Below are positions 51,191 through 63,985 of a stretch of 64,000 nt of DNA, piece after piece; the first letter of the stretch is position 1; each line of letters begins with the position of its first letter. Below the pieces are notes generated by a model that was not told where the DNA came from, did not search any database, and saw only the letters and a list, made by a program, of their open reading frames with translations. This DNA is from Octopus sinensis. Taxonomy: Eukaryota. A program made the translations under genes and the position numbers. The stretch covers positions 168,826,001-168,890,000 of the forward strand of contig NC_042997.1 in NCBI RefSeq assembly GCF_006345805.1. The letters are read 5' to 3'.

Positions 51191-51356
51191 ACACCCACTA
51201 CACTCGCGGAGTGGTTGGCGTTAGGAAGGGCATCCAGCCGTAGAAACACTGCCAATCTGACTGGGCCTGATGAAGCCTTCCGGCTTCACAGACCCCAGTT
51301 AAACCGTCCAACCCATGCTAGCATGGAAAACGGACGCTAAATGATGATGATGATGA

Positions 51357-51434
<78 letters not shown>

Positions 51435-51438
51435 TATA

Positions 51439-51483
<45 letters not shown>

Positions 51484-52419
51484 ATATATATCATCATCAT
51501 CATCATCATCATTTAGCGTCCGTTTTCCATGCTAGCATGGGTTGGACGGTTTAACTGGGGTCTGTTATATATATATATGGATTTGCCGACATAAAAGTAT
51601 CGTAAATTAAAATTTGAAATTATACTTTTTTGATTAATGTAGATTATTAATGGTAATATTTAGTTTTAGTTTTCGTGGGTTAAAACATTAAATTGTAGGT
51701 TTGTAAACATATTTCTGCAGAATTTCGTTTAAAAATATGCAGCTCAAAGAGAGTTATGAGATAATAAAGTCAAGAGTGCGACAATGACTTGAATTGCTAT
51801 TTTTAAATATTATCAACATAATCGTAAACTACACCCTCGAAAACAATCTGAGCAAAATTTTATCAAAAAAATTCGGAAGCGGGAAATGGGCATGTCCTAA
51901 TACATCTTAGGGTTCTTTTTTTTTTTATATTATCAGCATGATTGTAATCTAGACTCTTGAAAGCGTATCTCTGTAAAAATTTTATTTTAAAATAAGCATT
52001 TTCAGAGAGTTACGAAGTCGGAGTAGGTTGAAGGATATCAATCTGTAGTTATGAGCACACATTCACAAATGCGCACGCACACTCACACACACGCACGTAC
52101 GCACACACACAAATTAGGTGCAGAGTTTGAAGCCTAGGGCCGAAGGCTTTCGGTGTCCGAATTTGTTTAAAATAACAATGCACTAAATGTTTTTTTATAA
52201 TTTTTATTTCGGTAAACCGGACCCATAAAATAATTATAAATACATTAATCTGTAAGAAAAGCAATTAAAAAACACTGAAGGAATTTAATTTTTTAACCTT
52301 CGGCAACTAAAACTAAATAATATCAATAATAATGTACATTAACAGAAAAAAGTATAATTCTAAATTACGATACTTTTTATATTTCCAAAACTATCAATAA
52401 TAATTTCCTCTCTACTATA

Positions 52420-52620
52420 GGCACAAGACCTGGAACTTCGGGGGAGGGAACTAGTCGATTACATCGACCCCAGTGCTTAACTGGTTCTTATTTTATCGAC
52501 TCCAAAAGGATAAAGAACAAAGGCGACTCCTGTCGAATTTGAACTCAGGATGTAAAGACAAAATGCTGCAAGACAATTTTATCCAGCGTTCTCATGAGTC
52601 TATCAGCTCGCCGACCTTCG
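52420..52620 (-). mobile_element. Family B-like SINE, diverged
   Basis: GTCGATTACATCGACCCCAGTG..GAATTTGAACTCAG. Confidence 0.6.
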
Positions 52621-53204
52621 CTAATAATATAGTGACTGTAAATTTAACATAAATGCTCCGACTCTATATTCATTAATGAGAAGTACTGCTGCTTTTTACT
52701 TCCCATATTTGGTTCTTGGTTATTTTTAGCGCACACTGCAATTGTATACAATCAATCATACACAGGTATATTTCATGGGGGAAATATGCAGAAAAAGGTT
52801 GTTTTACACAATTTTACACAATCTTTATAGACATGAAAATTCAGATTGTATCAATTTTCAGCACCGATGAATTTTTACATTAATTTCCAGATATTCTTAA
52901 AACTCAATTCATTTTCACGGTTGGGTTCATCTTTAGGATAGCAAGAAATCAGATGATATGCAACTTGCTGCTATTCTTTGGTCTTCAATTGAAGATTTGT
53001 CAAGATTGCATATTTTATGTTCAGTTCTGAATAAGTTATCATACATTTATTTAAGAAGCTACATATTGATGCAGAATTATTCCTGTGCTGAATTGTAACA
53101 CATCCAGTCTATAATAACACTTCATTGCGATTGTGTTTTCGGATTACTTATTCCTCATAAATTGATGGGGCCGTTTCCAAAATGCCATTCTTTTCAAAAT
53201 TGTC

Positions 53205-53209
53205 AAACA

Positions 53210-53275
<66 letters not shown>

Positions 53276-53390
53276 CTCTTCTCTTTCCCTCCCCTTCTCT
53301 CTCTCTCTCACTCTTCTCTTTCCTTCCCCTTCTCTATCTCTCTCTCTCTCCCCTTTTCCTCCCCACCTCTCTCTCTTTCTCTATCTCCCT
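53205..53390. repeat. (CT)n / pyrimidine tract
   Basis: Direct reading. Confidence 0.9.
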
Positions 53391-53994
53391 CTGATGTAAC
53401 AATTCTTTACGTGAATGGAGAAGTTTTACTGTTGTATTCGGATTAAACACATGATTGTTCTTTGGAAATCTTTTAAAAGCGTTGTGAAAAACGCACTAGA
53501 ATACCTTCTCTAAATATTCCATTTTTTTCGTCAGTAAAAATTCTTGTTGTACAGCGCACATCTGATCCCTCGTATGAATCCTGAGTCATTTTCTCCAAAC
53601 ATTTATGAACTTAGAGCATCTTAATCCAAAACATTTTACTGGAAACTTATACAGACTATCGTGTGTCCAACAGATATTTGAATACAAGCAGTTGTTCACT
53701 TAATTTCATACGAAGCAATCTAAATTGATATGCAGAAGCTCTTAAAAAATGTACACTTCTGTACGATGTCAAAGAAGCGGCATACATGTCGCACACATTC
53801 AAAGCTGAACACCCAGTCAAATTCAATCAGTGTACATCGCACAGCCAATTCGTTTTCCATATGTATCAATGCTTGAACACCAGTAAACTTTCCACTCATA
53901 TTAACTTGTATTGTCATTAAATTGATCTGGACAGTTGGAAATGTTCGAATGGTTCTCTTTCAAGACAGAGAAAAAAAATTTCCTATAATCTTAG

Positions 53995-54384
53995 GGGCAG
54001 GAGTGGCTGTGTGGTACGTAGCTTGCTTACCAACCACATGGTTCCGAGTTCAGTCCCACTGCGTGGCACCATGGGGAAGGGTCTTCTACTATAGCCTTGT
54101 GAGTGGGTTTGGTAGACGGAAACTGGAAGAAGTCCTTCGTGTATATGTATATATATATGTATGTGTGTATATGTTTGTGTGTCTGTGTTTGTCCCCCCAC
54201 CATTGCTTGACAACCGATGGTGATGAGTTTACGTCCCCGTAACTTAGCGGTTCAGCAAAACAGACTGATAGAATAAGTACTAGGCTTACAAAGAATAAGT
54301 CCTGGGGTTGATTTGCTCGACAAAAGGCGGTGCTCCAGCATGGCCACAGTCAAATGACTGAAGCAAGTAAATGAGTAAAAGAGT
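53995..54384 (+). mobile_element. SINE family A
   Basis: Near-consensus copy. Confidence 0.88.
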
Positions 54385-54421
54385 ATAGTATTTTAGAATT
54401 AAGCCTATGCATATTAAGACC

Positions 54422-54474
54422 CATTGTAGAACGATATGTTGCTCCTTTCTTGGGATCATATCGAAACGTCAGTG
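54422..54474 (+). ncRNA. Degenerate minimal hammerhead-like motif
   Basis: CAT-TGTAGA-AC-GATATG..CATATC-GAAACGTC-AGTG. Stem II is perfect and the stem III loop is the ACGT palindrome; the CUGANGA box is mutated. Confidence 0.45.
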
Positions 54475-54917
54475 CTAGTTTATCAAAATAAACAATTTCT
54501 AAAACCGAATCACTCTTAGCTTCTTTTATTTCATTGTTGACGTCTTTGGTTAGTTTCTGTCCTATAGGTTAAAGCAACTCATTCCTTGTAGTAGATATTC
54601 ATGAGACACAACACTGCCTTTTCATTCATGTGTTTCTACGTAATTGACTAGAAAAGAACGGATCAAACTGACACAGTAATGTTTCCAGAATCTTACCATT
54701 TGAAAACTAGTTTAGAAGCTCATCACTTTCACAAATGGTAATCTTGTTGTGTGGACGCTTCCAGACGATGAAGTAGGCTAGCCCAATACGTAGATATAGA
54801 GGGAGAAGCCAAGACGTCAAGAACACAGTGGTAGACTAGTAAGAGAAGAGTAGAGTAGAGTTGAGTAGAAGGCATCCGAACGTGCGACATAACAAATCTG
54901 CATTCAACAAAAAATTG

Positions 54918-55333
54918 GGATCGTTTCGGTTTGAACGGCAGTTTTTAACATAATTTCTAGGTAACTAAAAAATTTTTAACTTCGTATACTGGTAGAATGT
55001 GTTTATAAAACATCTTTTTCTCTTGGCTTTATTGAGAACATTCTATAGTTTGTAAGATATTTGTTGTTATTTTTCTTCAATTTCTGCAATTTCAACCAAT
55101 CACTGACGTCCATTGAGGTGAAAAACATTCTGTGCCGTATGAATATGTCCCTCGTTTAAGAAACAGATTGGGTTTATTTACATTTGTGAAGAAAAAAAGA
55201 TACCCTTCCCCCACCCCTAACCCTAACCCTAAAACAGATTGAAATGCAATAGATCGATACTTGGGTCATAATTATGGGTAACAAATTCATATGACACCGC
55301 TAGAAAAAACTGCCGTTCAAACCGAAAAGATCC
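54918..55333. mobile_element. MITE with 28-bp TIRs starting GGATC and 8-bp TSD (Merlin-like); contains (CCCTAA)3
   Basis: TIR GGATC(G/T)TTTCGGTTTGAACGGCAGTTTTT; AAAAATTG at 54910-54917 and 55334-55341. Confidence 0.85.
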
Positions 55334-56009
55334 AAAAATTGGATAATTTTGATAATTCTTTTCCAATACAAATCATGCATATGTATGTTCTGCATTGTGT
55401 CATTATACCAGCAAGCTATTGACTATTCTTGTTAATTTTAACCGCATTTTCAAGTCAGTAGTAGCATTGCGTTGCTCGTCAGTGTTCTCGTGTTGTTCAG
55501 TGGCACGAGAATTTGCATTTTCAATAGTATAGCCATCGTGAAATGATTGTTTCCAAACCCGGTAACTTTCGTGATAAACTTACAAATTAAGTTGAAACAT
55601 CATTTAAAGCTAGCTGAGGAACAACTTCATTTCCTTTCTATACCCTAGTTATTAACCAAATGAATCTGAAGAAAAATGAATTCACAATACACCTTGTCTG
55701 TCACCCAACATCTTGTTCAGATATAGACGTATCACCATTCTTGTTTTGATACTCACGGCTAGATTTCAGTACCCAGTTGCTCTACATTGCCGAGATCACA
55801 ACAGTACCTTTTCAGTTTACTGATGGGTATTTTCTTTTTTTTCTTTTTTCTATACACCGTATGTAATCTTGGTTTTAACATTGTTTTTTGGGGTTTTTTT
55901 TGCTACTTATTTCTATCCCAGTCGAACTTTTATGGCGGTAGAATGTACAGAACGTTCGTCCCTACTGATCGAGATAGGTTTTGAAAGAAGTCATTGTTTT
56001 GATACATAT

Positions 56010-56418
56010 ATATTTCTTTATTGTCCACAAGGGGCTAAACATAGAGGGAACAAACAAAGACAGACAAAGGGATTAAGTCGATTACATCGACCCCAGTGCG
56101 TAACTGGTACTTTATTTATCGACCCCGAAAGGATGAAAGGCAAACTCGACCTGCGCGGAATTTGAACTCACAACGTAACGGCAGACGAATACCTATTTCT
56201 TTACGACCCACAAGGGGCTAAACACAGAGAGGACAAACAAGGACAGACAAAGGGATTAAGTCGATTACATCGACCCCAGTACGTAACTGGTACTTATTCA
56301 ATCGACCCAGAAAGGATGAAAGGCAAAGTTGACCTCGGCGGAATTTGAACTCAGAACGTAGCGGTAGACGAAATACCGCTAAGCATTCCCCCGGTGCGCT
56401 AACGTTTCTGCCAGCTCG
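56010..56418 (-). mobile_element. Head-to-tail tandem family B SINEs
   Basis: Full unit about 56193-56418 plus an internally started unit about 56010-56192. Confidence 0.88.
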
Positions 56419-57228
56419 GAATATAGTTTCCTCCTATTGTTTCCTTTACTTGATGAGCTCCTGATTTTAAGCTACTATTTGCTCAGTTCAAAATTACAAA
56501 GCAATAATCATAATAATGATGATGATGGTGGTGGTGGTGGTGGTGGTAATGATTATGATAATGAGTCTGCTACAAGTACGAGGCCTGGAATTCTGTGGGG
56601 AGGGGCCTAGTCGATTGCATCGACCCCAGTGCTCAACAAGTACTTATTTTATAGACACCGAAAGGGAATGGTGAAAGGCAAATCGTTTCGTAACAATCAC
56701 AAGTTTCGACGATAGGTATGACATTGTTACTGTTACACCAGTGGTTGTACGAAATAAAAAAAAACCCGCTAAAACGTGTTACTTTAATGTAATGAATCCT
56801 AAAGCAGACGCTACAGCCTCCTTTGAGGCAGAGACACTAAAAGACTCAAGATGGACGCCGGAAGACAAAAAGGCAGCAGTTATCATTTGAAGGCAAAGAT
56901 AGGTGAATGAGGAATGAGTAAAGAATGAAAAAGAAAAATAGAGAAGAAAACACAAATTCCATGAATTTTTCCAGCCTATTATTATTATTTTCTATCTATA
57001 AGAAGTGTTGCACTTCATAAGCTGTTCAATTAATATACTTCAGGTTCTGTCGGTTGATGATTTCTAAACACAATGAAATACTGAGACACGTGATTACCTA
57101 AAACTAGAAATTTTAAGAACTTCGTAATAAAGTAAGCAAAAAATTAAATATGTGAATTTTATTCATTTTGTTTGCTTATTCCTTAATTTCGAATTCAAAC
57201 GTCTAATCCCGCCAGATACTAGGAAGAA

Positions 57229-57457
57229 GCGAGCTGACAGAAACGTTAGCACGTCAAGCGAAATGCTTAGCGGTATTTCGTCTGCCGCTACGTTCTGAAT
57301 TTAAATTTCGCCGAGGTCGACTTTGCCTTTCATCCTTTCGGGGTCGATTAAATAAGTACCAGTTACGCACTGGGGTCGATATAATCGACTTAATCCGTTT
57401 GTCTGTCCTTGTTTGTCCTCTCTGTGTTTAGCCCCTTGTGGTTAGTAAAGAAATAGA
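57229..57457 (+). mobile_element. SINE family B
   Basis: Near-consensus copy. Confidence 0.88.
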
Positions 57458-57624
57458 TTATCTTCCTAATAACTATCTGCCAGGGGACACAATGAGTTTA
57501 AGAATTAGCAACTATTCGAAAACCTGTCACTTGCGTTAAGTGCAGGGATTGAGTTATCTTATTTTGTTACTAATACAGAAACTGAATAATAAAAATACCT
57601 ATAATAATGTTTTCAATGTATATA

Positions 57625-59352
57625 ACCATGGCAGAACCGAAAATGAAATAGCAGTTACATGGTATTGAATATTAAAAAATTTGGCTTTATCCAGTCACTT
57701 ACAAACAAGCTTTTATCTGGGTGTCTGAATTGCAAAAAGTGCTTTCCAATGAATCTATAAGAAGCACTAGATATATATTCATTCTGACAAGACAAGTAAA
57801 GATTTATTTTGTTAAAGCACTTCGTGATCAATTTTGCAAACAGCCGACGTTGTCAAGAATGTTTTTATCTGTATCAATGCCAGAAAATGATGGGTTACGC
57901 GCTTCTTATAAAATTTCATTACTGATGGCCGAATCCAGAAAGCTACATACTATTGGCAAAGCATTGATCTTAGCAACTGGTAGTGCTACACAAGCCAGCA
58001 ACTAATATAATCAATAAAATTCCTTTGTGCAATAACACAATATAACGACGAATTGACAAAATGGGCAAGGATGTGGAAGACACATTAAGCAATTCTTTGA
58101 GGACTGCCCAATTTTCGTTTCAGCTGGATGAATCAACCTTACCGAGGAATGAAGCTTTATTGCTTGCTTACGTTCGGTTTATAAATGAAGAGAAAATAAC
58201 CGAAGAGTTATTATTTGCCAATCATTTGGCAACAGATTTAAAGAAGAGTCGATATTTCTTGTGAAAGAGTTTTATTGTTGTTTTTAAGAAAATACGATTC
58301 TTCTTACAAATATAATGACAACTGCTAATGGTGTAGTTCTTTTGATGGTGCGTTGCCATTGTGGATTCATTGCACACTTTAAAAGTCGAAGCCGAATGCA
58401 GTAACGATGCATTGCATAATCCATCGACATTTAGTTGCAAAACCTTAGTGATCGCTTGCATTGATTATTGCAACACGTCAGCAATTACAGCAGTTATCAA
58501 AATCAGAAACAGTTCTTTCTATGACAAATTAGTCACACATTTTGTAAATAAATAAAACAACGGCGAATTTAATCCTTTGCTTTCCCACTTATACAATTCA
58601 TTGATTGTCAAAAGGCGCCTGTCTGGGTTGCTTTTATATTCTTTTTGTAGTAGTTTTGAAACTCTTCGAAAATAAAGATGTTTTCATGCGAAACACTTGA
58701 AGAAGTTTAAAAGCGACATAGTCTACAAGTTTCATTTATATTTCAAGTATAATTTAATGAATTGCGACTGCAAGGAGACGAAATGAATTTGATAACAAAA
58801 AAAAAAAACCTAGGCTGTTAGATATGTTAATTTGTTTCAATATTTATTCTGTTCAAACACTGGGACGAAACATTTTTTTCTTTTTTTTTTTTTTTAGGTT
58901 CCGAGTCTTCCAGCACTCGAGGAAAAGACTGAAATACATGAAGACAATATTCAGGTGTGCAGCTATCACTTGAAAGTGTTATAATATGAACTCTGAATAT
59001 GAATTCGTCTCCGCACAGGTTTTAAGCCTATTTTCAAGGGCTGTGGAAATAGATATGCTATTAGAAGAAAGAGAATTGACAAAATTAAAAACCAACGAAG
59101 AGTTGAAGCTCAAATTTAAGTACGAGAAAGATCATATCTGGCTGAAACACTAGATAATAAATTTTTATACTGAATTATGGATCATTGTGAAAATGTATCT
59201 AATTATATTGAAAATGTATTTAATGCAGTTACGGAACATCTCACAAAAAATAGAAACGAATAGTCAAACGGAGAGACATAAGGATGTTACGTACAATTAT
59301 TAATCGGGTGTGGGAAATTAGACTCATCACATCAAACTTATCCTTTCATAAT
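57625..59352 (+). pseudogene. Decayed hAT transposase (Buster/Charlie, ZBED5/SCAND3-like family)
   Basis: DGLRASYKISLLMA..HTIGKALI, NNTI*RRIDKMGKDVE, FSFQLDESTLPRNEALLLAYVRFI..EELLF. Many stops and frameshifts; TIRs not found. Confidence 0.85.
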
Positions 59353-59659
59353 AATAAATCAAATAATGTTTGATATTTTTTGCAATTTTGCTTTTAGTTA
59401 TCTTTTATCTTTCGCTTGTTTCGGTCATTGAATCGCGACCATGCTACAGCATCGCTTTGAGGGTTTAGTCGAACAATTCAACCTTAGTACTAACGTTTTT
59501 AAAAGTCTGGGATTTATTCTGTTGACCATTTTGTGGAACTCGCTAAGATACGGGGACGTACACAAACCAACACCCAGTTGTCCAGCGGTTGGGGAACAAA
59601 CACACACTCACACACACATACACAAAGACACACACTCACACACGCGAAGTTCTCTTTTT

Positions 59660-60253
59660 GATCGAAGGTCATTCGGAATGCTCACAAGCAGCCATATTCC
59701 TACCGCTCTGTCACGCTGGTGAGACCCATATTGGAGTACGGGATTCTAGCCTCTTCCCCTTATCTCCTCAAAGACATACAACATCTCGAAAGAGTCCAGA
59801 AGCTGGCTACCCGCATGGTTCTTGGTCTCAAGCATTTGTCTTATGAAGAAAGGCTGAAGACGCTCGACCTTTATTCTCTAGAAAAACGACGACGCCGTGG
59901 TGATCTCATTCTCGCTCACAACATCATAAACGGAAAGTGTAACCTCTCGAAAGAGCTGTTCTTCACTCCTGCTCCAGAGCGTCGGCTGCGGGGGTCACTC
60001 CGAAAAGCTCTATCTGCGACGATTTCATCTCAATCGAAGGAGAGGGGCTCTCTCCGTCCGGGTTGCGGATCCGTGGAATAAGCTGCCGGACGAGATAGTG
60101 AAGATGCCGACGACCGCTCGGTTCAAAGTCTCTCTTGGCCAGAAATGGCCGGAACTCTTTGCATGAACACCCTCCCTGTACATAACTCCATGTCCCCCTA
60201 CATGGCCTTGCTTTTTGCTTTTTGAGCCAAAAAATTAACTTAACTTAACTTAA
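59660..60253 (+). mobile_element. 5'-truncated CR1-clade LINE
   Basis: LVRPILEYG..DIQHLERVQKLATRMV.GLKHLSYEERLKTLDLYSLEKRRRRGDLI..; (TAACT)n tail at about 60237-60253. Confidence 0.9.
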
Positions 60254-60861
60254 GACCCACTTACACGCGCGGGCGCGCGCACACACACACATTTATGAGA
60301 GACAGGGGAAGAAATATAATTGAAGTGAAGAAGTTTTATTAACTTAATGCGGGTACTGTTAATTCACTAAAATATAATATAATACTGTACTTTGAGAAAC
60401 CACAATTCGTTTCAGATACACAGGAAACTTCTTTTATTTTAACGATAATTAATTTAAACGCAAGGCAGCCCAAAATTTCCTTGATTCAGCACGTTTTCTT
60501 TCATTCTTTCCTCGGTGCCGGTTGCTTGAGAGTTGAATACCGGATGATAGGGATTTTACTGTATTATATTCTGTGTTATATTGAAGGTTAGTTCTAGTTC
60601 GAGCTGGAGTATGGAGAGGGTTGCTGTAAGTGAAATACAGGGAGTGAGTGTGAATCAGTATAAACCACTTAGTTCTTGGATTTAGTGAGAATGCATGAAT
60701 GTGTGTGTGTATGGATGAGTGTGTGTGTTTGTGTATGTGTATATGTGTGTGTGTGTGCATGTGTGTGTATGTCCGCGCGCGCAAATAAGTGTATGCATCT
60801 GTGCTTGGGGACAGTATTTGTAAGTGTTCATGTGAGAGGGCAATCTGTCTATTTATCTAAC

Positions 60862-61760
60862 CATATATATACTCTTTTACTTGTTTCAGTCATTTGACTT
60901 CGGCCATGCTGGAGCACCGCCTTTAATCGAGCAACTCGACCCCGGGACTTATTCTTTTGTAAGCCCAGTACTTATTCTATCGGTCTCCTTTGCCGAACCG
61001 CAAAGTAACGGGGACATAAACACACCAGCATCGGTTGTCAAGCAATGCTAGGGGGACAAACACAGACACAGAAACACACACACGCATATCTATATATATA
61101 AAACTGTAGTTGTGTGAGTGTCTGTCTCCTACGATTTAGATTCCTTGGTGCAGTTTAACCAAATTCGGGTATCTTATAATCGTGATTAATATCGAGCCCG
61201 TCTGGCTATTAGCGCGCGTCTACGATGAGTCTACGATTTTAAAAATAATTTAACATCATTTTTTATTCCATTTTAATGCATAATTTTTCGTGTGTCGATG
61301 GCGGCGGAGTTGGCGTCCACGCTCAAACACCTGCACCTGTGTTTGCTTCTCCCCCTTCTTCCCTCCCTCGTGAAGCTGTAGGGAAGGGAGTGTAAGGAAA
61401 TCAATGTCGTAAAGTGTTGTCAAGGAGACCAGCGTTCTTTTAGAACAACGACTTCATGGCTTGAAGACACCAAAACAGAAATGGCTAAGAAAGCCCGAAT
61501 TGGCATCTATAAAGGAAGTAACTCTCTAAAAATGCTTATATAGTTATTTCCCTTACAAACCGAGCAACGCCGGGCGATACTGCTAGTATATATATATATA
61601 CATATATACGACAGGCTTCTTTCAGTTTCCGTCTATCAAATCCACTCACAAGGCTTTGGTCGGCCCGAGGCTATAGTAGAAGACACTTGCCCAAGGTGCC
61701 ACGCAGTGGGACTGAACCCGGAACCATGTGGTTGGTAAACAAGATACTTACCACACGGCC
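60862..61760 (-). mobile_element. SINE family A split by a Helitron
   Basis: 3' half 60862-61088 and 5' half 61587-61760, same orientation. Confidence 0.85.
61089..61586 (+). mobile_element. Non-autonomous Helitron-like element with intact termini
   Basis: A|TC start (61088|61089), subterminal hairpin CCG-AGCAACGC-CGG, CTAG|T end (61583-61586|61587), no TSD. Confidence 0.88.
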
Positions 61761-61780
61761 TTATATATATATATATATAT

Positions 61781-61782
<2 letters not shown>

Positions 61783-61850
<68 letters not shown>
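61783..61850. repeat. (GATA)n microsatellite
   Basis: Direct reading. Confidence 0.95.
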
Positions 61851-61871
61851 GTACACACACACATATATAGC

Positions 61872-62191
61872 TTTTATCTTTTACGTGTTTCAGTCATTTG
61901 ACTGCGGCCATGCTGGACACCGCCTTGAAGGGTTTTAATTGAACAAATCTACTCTAGGAATTATTGTTTTAAAGCCTAGTACTTATTTTATCGGTCTCTT
62001 CACTGAACCGCTAAGTTATGGGGGCATAAACAACCAACACTGCTTGTCAAGCGGTGGTGGGGGGACAAACAGACACGCGCGCGCGGACAGGCACACACAC
62101 GCACACACACACACACACACGGCGGGCTTCTTTCTACCAAATCCACTCAGAAGATTTTGGCCGACCCGAGACTATAGCAGAAGACACTTGC
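61872..62191 (-). mobile_element. SINE family A (5'-truncated)
   Basis: Reverse-complement tail and body. Confidence 0.75.
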
Positions 62192-63265
62192 CCATCTGTT
62201 GTCTGCGAATCTTGCTACACGTTCGACTCAGCAGAACTTGTGCTCTCGGTACTCTGCTATCACCATTGTTCAATCCGTTTTCGAATTATCTCATTTCGAA
62301 TGGGCTCCGTTAATGATATCCTTAACATGGATCTTCCCATGACCCTTTGCGTTGTAGCCAGTCGATGTTCTTTCCTCTTCGGTGTAGCCCACATCTCACT
62401 TGCGTGTGTAAGAGCGCGTGTAGGACTGTGCTATTAAAGAGGATGGTACGTATGATATTGTATACTCTTTACTCTTTACTCTTTTACTTGTTTCAGTCAT
62501 TTTGACTGCGGCCATGCTGGAGCACCGCCTCTAGTCGAACAAATCGACCCCGGGACTTATTCTTTGTAAGCCCAGTACTTATTCTATCGGTCACCTTTGC
62601 CGAACCGCTAAGTGACGGGGACGTAAACACACCAACATCGGTTGTCAAGCAAAGCTGGGGGGACAAACACACACACACAAACACACACACATACACACAT
62701 ATATATATACATATATACGACAGGCTTCTTTCAGTTTCCGTCTACCAAATCCACTCACAAGGCATTGGTCAGCCCGGGGCTATAGCAGAAGACACTTGCC
62801 CAAGATGCCCCGCAGTGGGACTGAACCCGGAACCATGTGGTTGGTTAGCAAGCTACTTACCACACAGCCACTCCTGCGCCTAGCTTTGTTTGGAACACAT
62901 CCTTTATTGAGTTAAATGTCTTCTATCCTACCTTTATTCTCTTTGAAATTTCAGCATCCATACATACCTCAGTGCATATTCACTGTGTGTCCTAAGTAGA
63001 AGCACTCCTTTACCTCCTCGATTTCATTGCTTCCTACCTCTATTCGGCCTTGAGCTACGTCTTTCAACCGAATATATTTTGTTTTCATGTGGTTCTTTAA
63101 AGACCTACTGCTAAGACCCTGAGTGTTCAGCTCTGTCAGCATGGTCTGCAACTAGTTTGTGGTTTCAGCGAAGAGTATCATGTAATCTGCGAATTGGAGG
63201 TGTGTCAGTTGCTTGCCGTTGATATTCATGTTACATGTCCATTAAGAGTTCGCATCTCTGAGCAG
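62192..63265 (-). pseudogene. RTE RT fragment (same family as 43330-44625) interrupted by a family A SINE
   Basis: Minus strand reads NINGKQLTHLQFADY..IEEVKECFYLG, then after the SINE LFNSTVLHALTHASEMW..RSMLRISL. Confidence 0.85.
62464..62882 (-). mobile_element. SINE family A (near consensus)
   Basis: Full-length reverse-complement copy. Confidence 0.9.
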
Positions 63266-63375
63266 TTTGTTGTACAGAAAGAGAGAGAGAGGGGTGGGGA
63301 TAATAATTTGCTACTACTACTACTACTTCGAAAGAAAAAGAGAACTCAAAACATTTGTAGCTAAAAGTTTTATTA

Positions 63376-63610
63376 CTCTTTTACTCTTCTACTTGTTTCA
63401 GTTATTTGATTGCGGCCATGCTGGAGCACCGCCTTTAGTCGAGGAAATTGACCCCAGGACTTATTCTTTGTAAGCCTAGCACTTATTCTTTCGGTCTCTT
63501 TTGCCGAACCGCTAAGTTACGGGGACGTAAACACACCAGCATCGGTTGTCAAGCGATGTTGGGGTGGGGTGAACAAACACAGACACAGAAACATACACAA
63601 ACACACACAC

Positions 63611-63660
<50 letters not shown>

Positions 63661-63819
63661 TACGACGGGCTTCTTTCAGTTTCCGTCTACTAAATCTACT
63701 CACAAGGCTTTGGTCAGCCCGAGGCTATAGTATAAGCCCAAGGTGTCACGCAGTGGGACCGAACCCAGAACCATGTGGTTGGTAAGCAAGCTACTTACCA
63801 CACAGCCACTCCTGCGCCT
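63376..63819 (-). mobile_element. SINE family A
   Basis: Full-length reverse-complement copy. Confidence 0.88.
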
Positions 63820-63841
63820 CCTTATTACAATGTTTTTTTTA

Positions 63842-63985
63842 TCATAACTGGGAAATTTGAAGGCGGCAACCTGGCAGGCGAAATGCTTAACAGCATTCCT
63901 TCCGGCGTTACGTTTTGAGATCAATTCCGTCGACGTTAACTTCATCTTTCGTCCTTTCGGTGTTGATAAAATAAGCACCAAATAC
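63842..63985 (+). mobile_element. SINE family B (diverged, partial)
   Basis: GGCGGCAACCTGGCAG..CTTTCGTCCTTTCGGTGTTGATAAAATAAG. Confidence 0.65.

Larger units (their letters stand above)
46702..51360 (+). mobile_element. Near full-length RTE-clade non-LTR retrotransposon (5' boundary uncertain)
   Basis: Single APE-RT ORF (47224-50316), 3' UTR minisatellite, terminal stem-loop and (GAT)n tail at 51341-51360. Confidence 0.95.

Noticed and set aside
50246-51255. Three long minus-strand ORFs (285-307 aa), plus similar ORFs at 20.4-21.2 kb and 36.3-37.2 kb
   Set aside because: They arise from a GC-rich repeat lacking stops on one strand; the 61-bp period cycles the same peptides through all frames
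51268-51299. Hammerhead core CTGATGA in the LINE 3' end
   Set aside because: The stem is followed by TCACAG, not GAAA, and the motif is not conserved in the other copies; it is explained as a simple hairpin
55214-55232. Chromosome end or telomere fusion
   Set aside because: Only three CCCTAA units, located inside a MITE
55484-55492. CTGACGAG on the minus strand as a hammerhead (similarly CTGATGA at about 5872, 13428 and 22284)
   Set aside because: No stem II closed directly by GAAA and no stem III or cleavage triplet
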